Under the pieces are notes generated by a model. The model was given only the letters and a program-made list of their open reading frames with translations. It had not been told where the DNA came from and did not search any database. Of a DNA stretch of 64,000 nucleotides, positions 59,388 to 64,000 are shown in pieces. Where the stretch lies: IMG/VR virus record IMGVR_UViG_3300025066_001702, positions 369-64,368 of that record, one strand, 5' to 3'. The DNA comes from a virus. Its lineage: Duplodnaviria > Caudoviricetes. Position numbers and translations under genes: made by a program. Position 1 is the first letter of the stretch, and the number at the start of each line of letters is the position of its first letter.

Positions 59388-59870
59388 TTATTCCACCCTA
59401 TTAACTTCAGTTGGATCAAAAAGAACGATAACGTCCGCGTTACTGAGAGAATAAAAGGCTCCCTTGTAGGAAGAATGAATATCTCTAAGCATTTCTGTCC
59501 ATTCCATATCCTTCCTGAGTCCATATGTCGGATGACTATGTTTTTCAACATAATTCTCCGGATCATTCTTTAAATCGTATATTTCAGTTTCTGGAATTTC
59601 TGCTTTAAATAAGTTACCATTTACAATTGGTTCTTTATTTTCAGGATTCGTGTAAAAGAAAGATCTTGGATATCGACTTGTTTGCCAATCATTCTGTGAA
59701 TAATAATTCCTGTTTGTAACAAAATATTTAGGATCCATAATAAAGGAATCTACATTTGCTACCTTCTTTGACCAAGTGAAGTGATATAGCTCTATCATCC
59801 CCCCGGTGGTGACATCAGATAGATTTGCCTCTACCATAAAGCTTCTAAAATTTGAAAATAATTCTTTCAT
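59388..59870 (-). CDS. Possible ADP-ribosyltransferase-fold protein with MKELFSNFR leader
   Basis: ELYHFT ... RSFFYT ... IVLFDP strand pattern. Confidence 0.45.
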   Translation of the reverse strand: MKELFSNFRSFMVEANLSDVTTGGMIELYHFTWSKKVANVDSFIMDPKYFVTNRNYYSQNDWQTSRYPRSFFYTNPENKEPIVNGNLFKAEIPETEIYDLKNDPENYVEKHSHPTYGLRKDMEWTEMLRDIHSSYKGAFYSLSNADVIVLFDPTEVNRVE

Positions 59871-59901
59871 TACTATAAATATAACTCAAAATGGATATTT
59901 G

Positions 59902-60162
59902 TCAATCTTTCTTTTTACCTTTTACTACGGCAAGCTCATCGCCCCAATGCCAAGTTGGTCCATAATCTGCATTTTGCCACAGAACTTTTACAAATACTTC
60001 TGGATACTCGATTCGATATGTTTGATAAGGTTTGATAGGCTCTTCAACATCGACAACAATGCCATATTCTTCAGCTTCTCCAGTATACGGAACCCAATCA
60101 TAGTCCGAAACACTGACATATAACACTTTGATTCTTTTTACTAAATTGCCAACCTTAAACAT
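59902..60162 (-). CDS. Small hypothetical protein (SH3/KOW-like)
   Basis: MFKVGNLVK...GIVV...VKVLW. Confidence 0.55.
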   Translation of the reverse strand: MFKVGNLVKRIKVLYVSVSDYDWVPYTGEAEEYGIVVDVEEPIKPYQTYRIEYPEVFVKVLWQNADYGPTWHWGDELAVVKGKKKD

Positions 60163-60167
60163 CTACA

Positions 60168-60407
60168 TTAAATAGATTGAGATGGTCTTCCGTGCTTTTT
60201 TGCTAAAATATCTTTTATTTGGTTGACGTTTTTCTCTAATTTTTCAATTTTATCATTTATTTTGTTCATTAACAATTCTAAATCGTCGGCAGAGAGCATG
60301 CCTACAATGGATTCTATTCCGGAGGAAGAGATGTCGTCTCCCTCGCAAAGAACATTGAGAAGTTCTTCCTTAATAATAAAGGAGAGATGTGATTTTGTGA
60401 TATTCAT
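60168..60407 (-). CDS. Hypothetical protein with MNITKxxLxxIIKEEL leader
   Basis: 79 aa. Confidence 0.6.
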   Translation of the reverse strand: MNITKSHLSFIIKEELLNVLCEGDDISSSGIESIVGMLSADDLELLMNKINDKIEKLEKNVNQIKDILAKKHGRPSQSI

Positions 60408-60700
60408 TTTTTAAGCAAGTCTTTCAACTCAGCAGCAATCAACTCTGTAAGCTCAGCAGTATCAACATCTGCTGATGCATCTTCATGCACTTCTTCATGA
60501 GCGGGCTCATTAAGTCCAAGAGACTCTGCAACTTCTGACATAACATCGACAGCTTCGTTGTGCTCAAGTCCTGATAGCATATCTGTCATACTCTTTACGA
60601 TTGAACATGGAGAAGCTTCCATTTCTGGTGCCATGGGCTCCATACCCATTGACAATTCTTCTTTGATAATTTCAACAAGTCTTTGTTTTGTAATATTCAT
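60404..60700 (-). CDS. Acidic hypothetical protein with MNITKxxLxxIIKEEL leader
   Basis: 98 aa; ACTATTTA element upstream. Confidence 0.6.
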   Translation of the reverse strand: MNITKQRLVEIIKEELSMGMEPMAPEMEASPCSIVKSMTDMLSGLEHNEAVDVMSEVAESLGLNEPAHEEVHEDASADVDTAELTELIAAELKDLLKK

Positions 60701-60742
60701 TTAAGAGGTTCCTTATAGCGGTGGTGTTATAAATAGTTTAGT

Positions 60743-62830
60743 CTAAAGTGTTTTGACTTCTCGAATTAGTTTTCGGAGATAAGAAATGTTAAGAGTCTCG
60801 TTCATCCACTCGTCATCTTCTTCCTCGTCCTCTGGAAGTTCTGTCATTCCGTAACCAAGTTCTTCAAGCGTTTGAGAGAATATTTCCATCTCATCATCAT
60901 CTACTTCAAAGAAGTCTGAAAAACCGTCGTATTCCCACTCTTCTTGATTCCTTGGCAGATAATATGCGAGGAAGTGAGAGGCAGGGATTCTTCCCTTGTA
61001 TCCGTATATTCCAAACTCTCGTGAAAGGGACAGACTGTCTCCCTCCATCTTAGAATACTTGCTTTGATTGTCTCGAAGCTTTGAACATATGTAATCATAG
61101 CAACCTGTATCACCTGCGCCAATGTCAATATCGTAGTCGGGAATAATAAGATTCTTATCTGGTACTGTCAGTTCTATAACTACGGGAAGTCCTCCGATTT
61201 TTCTTGCTGTATGTTTTGCGTGCATCAGTGCTTCATCTTTTCGAGAGGAGAAAAACACTGCCTCTGGATGCGAAATTCCTTCGTAGTTTGTCTCTTCTTT
61301 GTCTGGAACTAATCCAAATCGCATAAGACTCTGGATGTAGTTGGTAGATGTTCCGTGATAAACTCTTTTTGGAATCTCGCCCTTAATCGCCCACTTAGAG
61401 ACATACTCATCTTCATCTTCATCGTGCGTGCCATAGCCTACGGATGATAGCCCTAATTCTTTCACTACCTTCTTCACGAGAATTGATGATTGCGGATCAA
61501 ATTTAAAACCTCCAAGACCATGTAGAAAAAGAGAATCATTGTCGTCAACCGTTCCAATCAAGACATCACTGCGAGATTCTAAATCGTCAGTCAAGTCATA
61601 AAAATCATCCCAATCGCTGTCTATCTTCAGAACTCTGTTCATTTCACTATGAACTTCTTCACTTGGACTGTCGCCAAATCTCCAAATGTATTTTCTGAAC
61701 GCTACTATATAATTCCCGTCTTTATCTCCACGGACAATCATTTCATTGAGAGATGATTTCACTTCCTTGATAATATTACGGAGAGACTGCTCGTTCAAGG
61801 ACAACTCAGTGTTAAAAATAGATGACATCAGGTTCAAGCTCTTTTGGTTTTGCTTCTCAAGCTTGGAAAGCTTGCCCTCTCCGTCAACTCCCTTCTTCGC
61901 CATCATCTTCCTTTTCTTATCTATCGTTCCATTGAGCTTTGCCTCAAAGACGGACAGCACATTACTAAGCAGTTCTCTCTTCGAGAATCCATCTACATTG
62001 GACTCCAACGTCTCCGCTAAACCAACGATGCCTTTCCCAATATCGGACAGCCTGACGGCATCCTCGTCCCATCCGGAATGTCGTTGCAATGTTGGCGAGA
62101 CTTCAAAGTCATCTGAGCCAATAATATATCCAGCGATGTCCAATAAGAAATTCTGAGGATCTGTAGAGACGGAGTTGATAACGACATCTTTACGAACTCG
62201 GGAACTAACCCGCTCTCCTCCTCTCGTTCTGGACAAGACACCTTCTGTCCCAATTGTAAGGACGAGTGCTTCTCCGAGGGCAGCATAGAGGTTTCCCGTG
62301 ATGTACCCCTTTAGCCCTCGCTCAGAACCATATCGAGATGTCATCCAGTTTGAATACTTAGGATATGTGACAATGGCATCAACCTGAACATGTTCGCCAG
62401 AAGGCAACTCAACGACTATCATTGGTTGGCTAACTGCCTTAACTTCTTTCGGAGACTCCGGAGAGTCAAAGAAATCCTGCATCAACTGTCCATACTCTCT
62501 CTTAACTCGATTCTCTTCCTTTCTACGCTCAGTATCATCACCGTCGAACGATTCGGGAAACGGATACTGAACGAGATAATCAATGTCTCCATAATGCACA
62601 TCCGACGTTCCATATGCCTGCTCAAGCTCGTCAGGTGTCGCTGTAGCGTCTTGCTCGAAATGCGAGGTGGAGCCGACTGCCTTTATTGGCTGGACGGGTT
62701 CTAATCCCTGTGAGGATAGTGACTTGTTCCAAGCGGAGATTGCTTGCAAATACACTTCGTTTGCCTGAGAGACGACTTTCGGTGTAAGCTTTGTTCCGCT
62801 TGTTAATTCTGGTGCAAGTAGTCCGCCCAT
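60743..62830 (-). CDS. Multidomain protein: Pol-beta nucleotidyltransferase plus ART/Tpt1(KptA)-like domain
   Basis: VGSTS...YGDID, VQVD; VYHGTS..I...GL.P...VFFS; linker LRNIIKEV..SLNE and C-terminal LRKLIREV. Confidence 0.65.
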   Translation of the reverse strand: MGGLLAPELTSGTKLTPKVVSQANEVYLQAISAWNKSLSSQGLEPVQPIKAVGSTSHFEQDATATPDELEQAYGTSDVHYGDIDYLVQYPFPESFDGDDTERRKEENRVKREYGQLMQDFFDSPESPKEVKAVSQPMIVVELPSGEHVQVDAIVTYPKYSNWMTSRYGSERGLKGYITGNLYAALGEALVLTIGTEGVLSRTRGGERVSSRVRKDVVINSVSTDPQNFLLDIAGYIIGSDDFEVSPTLQRHSGWDEDAVRLSDIGKGIVGLAETLESNVDGFSKRELLSNVLSVFEAKLNGTIDKKRKMMAKKGVDGEGKLSKLEKQNQKSLNLMSSIFNTELSLNEQSLRNIIKEVKSSLNEMIVRGDKDGNYIVAFRKYIWRFGDSPSEEVHSEMNRVLKIDSDWDDFYDLTDDLESRSDVLIGTVDDNDSLFLHGLGGFKFDPQSSILVKKVVKELGLSSVGYGTHDEDEDEYVSKWAIKGEIPKRVYHGTSTNYIQSLMRFGLVPDKEETNYEGISHPEAVFFSSRKDEALMHAKHTARKIGGLPVVIELTVPDKNLIIPDYDIDIGAGDTGCYDYICSKLRDNQSKYSKMEGDSLSLSREFGIYGYKGRIPASHFLAYYLPRNQEEWEYDGFSDFFEVDDDEMEIFSQTLEELGYGMTELPEDEEEDDEWMNETLNISYLRKLIREVKTL

Positions 62831-62845
62831 TATGACATTATCTCT

Positions 62846-63214
62846 TCAAGTAGGAGTTTCATCACTCTCCTTCTTTGTCAAATAAACTGGCACCCTATCA
62901 ATGCCCAGTCTATTAATCGCCTCTAAACGATGGTGCCCATCTAATACATAGTAGAATGGCTCTGCTTGTCCACTCTTTTCCATCGACTTACCAGCCAAAC
63001 GATATGGATTAACGGGCTTTTGATTGCAGACTTCTATGGGATTAAAATTCCCCTGCTGTATCTGTTGCATCTTTTCTGCGACTGCTTGCTCTACATCGTA
63101 CCCTTCGTCGTGTTTGCCGTGTCCCAATTCCTCTGCGGGAAGAAGTTGAGCAGCATTAACATAAAATACATTTTCATTTAAATATCCTCGCCAATTTTCA
63201 AGTAGCAACTTCAT
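62846..63214 (-). CDS. ParB/Sulfiredoxin-like protein with MKLLLENW leader
   Basis: PIEV...VLDGHHRL...VPV. Confidence 0.75.
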   Translation of the reverse strand: MKLLLENWRGYLNENVFYVNAAQLLPAEELGHGKHDEGYDVEQAVAEKMQQIQQGNFNPIEVCNQKPVNPYRLAGKSMEKSGQAEPFYYVLDGHHRLEAINRLGIDRVPVYLTKKESDETPT

Positions 63215-63276
63215 TGATCTTCTCCCTATAGCATATATAGTTTTCGCTCGTCAATATAGACAGCTTATTGATAGAC

Positions 63277-63855
63277 TTATTGGGTAATATCTTCCGCGTA
63301 TTTTACCTTTCTTGCTCTGATCTTAATTTCTGGGTATTGCGCGGATAAAGAGTTGATAGCCTCCACATTCTTTCCGGAATCATCAAAAAACAACACATCT
63401 GTGGCTCCTTGCTCTATTCGATCGGCTATCCATGCTGCTTTAGCTTTAGGATCTGAATCTGCTAAAAGCTCGAATGTAATTTTCGAAGTATCAAGCCCAA
63501 TGCTCTCAAGATAATCCCGAATCGCGCCCTCTGCCCCGGCGGCCCTCGCCGTCAAGATAGCAATCTCTCGCCCCTCTGTGCCTGCATTGACTGCATTGCG
63601 AACAATGTTGGTAATTTGTTTAATTTCTCTTGGGTTAATCACTTCATCAAACTCTGAAAAGTCATAATCATAGTCTGGGTTAAAATCGTGCGTTGCGTAT
63701 TCGGCTGGTGTCATTGTGATCCTATCACCAGTGTCGGTTGTGATGTGAATATTCGAATCGGATTTTGCTATTGTATCATCAAAATCAAAGACACGGAGCT
63801 TTGACTCATTTAAGAACTCTCGCCAATTTTCAAGTAGGAGTTTCATTCTGTTCAT
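63277..63855 (-). CDS. HAD-superfamily phosphatase with MKLLLENW leader
   Basis: FDFDDT, ILTAR, K, FFDDS; leader begins at ATG 63846. Confidence 0.8.
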   Translation of the reverse strand: MNRMKLLLENWREFLNESKLRVFDFDDTIAKSDSNIHITTDTGDRITMTPAEYATHDFNPDYDYDFSEFDEVINPREIKQITNIVRNAVNAGTEGREIAILTARAAGAEGAIRDYLESIGLDTSKITFELLADSDPKAKAAWIADRIEQGATDVLFFDDSGKNVEAINSLSAQYPEIKIRARKVKYAEDITQ

Positions 63856-64000
63856 CCGAGAACCTTCTTAAATACTTCTGGAGTTTCTGGATTATCTAAA
63901 TCTAATATTCTTGCTGAGATGTTCTCAACATTCTCATCTATTGCCTTTTGAAGACGATGGTTTCCGTCTAAGACAAACTGGTATTTCCCTCCGAATTTTA
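63852..64000 (-). CDS. 3' end of a ParB/Srx-like protein (5'-truncated)
   Basis: ...YQFVLDGNHRLQKA...VLG*; ATGA overlap with the next gene. Confidence 0.65.
   Translation of the reverse strand, partial: KFGGKYQFVLDGNHRLQKAIDENVENISARILDLDNPETPEVFKKVLG

Noticed and set aside
1-64000. Stop-codon reassignment
   Set aside because: Conserved genes are full length in the standard code, all three stop codons terminate genes, and no suppressor tRNA was seen.
62846-64000. ParB-like genes as a plasmid or chromosome partition system
   Set aside because: Only the catalytic DGxHR domain is visible; no HTH, parA or parS array in the window.

Overview
This is a 64-kb segment of a large (jumbo/huge-type) contractile-tailed phage genome, with essentially all real genes on the minus strand. 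From left to right: (i) a baseplate/tail module with a >=2960-aa LamG/wedge-like protein that the ORF track missed because it runs off the left edge, T4 gp6- and gp25-like proteins, a gp5-like spike region, an M15 peptidase and a gp55-like late sigma factor; (ii) an ~18-kb sugar-nucleotide and glycosyltransferase locus (GDP-fucose, nonulosonic acid, RfbH plus split transketolase, about 7 transferases) with no flippase, polymerase or priming transferase; (iii) a Cas4-like nuclease, PIN-PhoH, three tRNAs (Arg-TCT, Ile-TAT and an atypical long-variable-arm GTT tRNA), an Hc1-like protein, ClpP and a tmRNA; (iv) an accessory region in which unrelated enzymes (Pol-beta nucleotidyltransferases, ART/Tpt1-like, HAD, ParB/Srx, RNA-ligase-like plus HxGH transferase, zincins) often carry short shared peptides (MKLLxENWRxxLxE or xITKxxLxxIIKEE) and follow a conserved ACTATTTA element. 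The strongest candidates for an undescribed system are this peptide-tagged, probably capsid-packaged enzyme cargo and a virion glycosylation system that may target [S/T]GS motifs. All product calls come from reading motifs by eye; no database searches were run.
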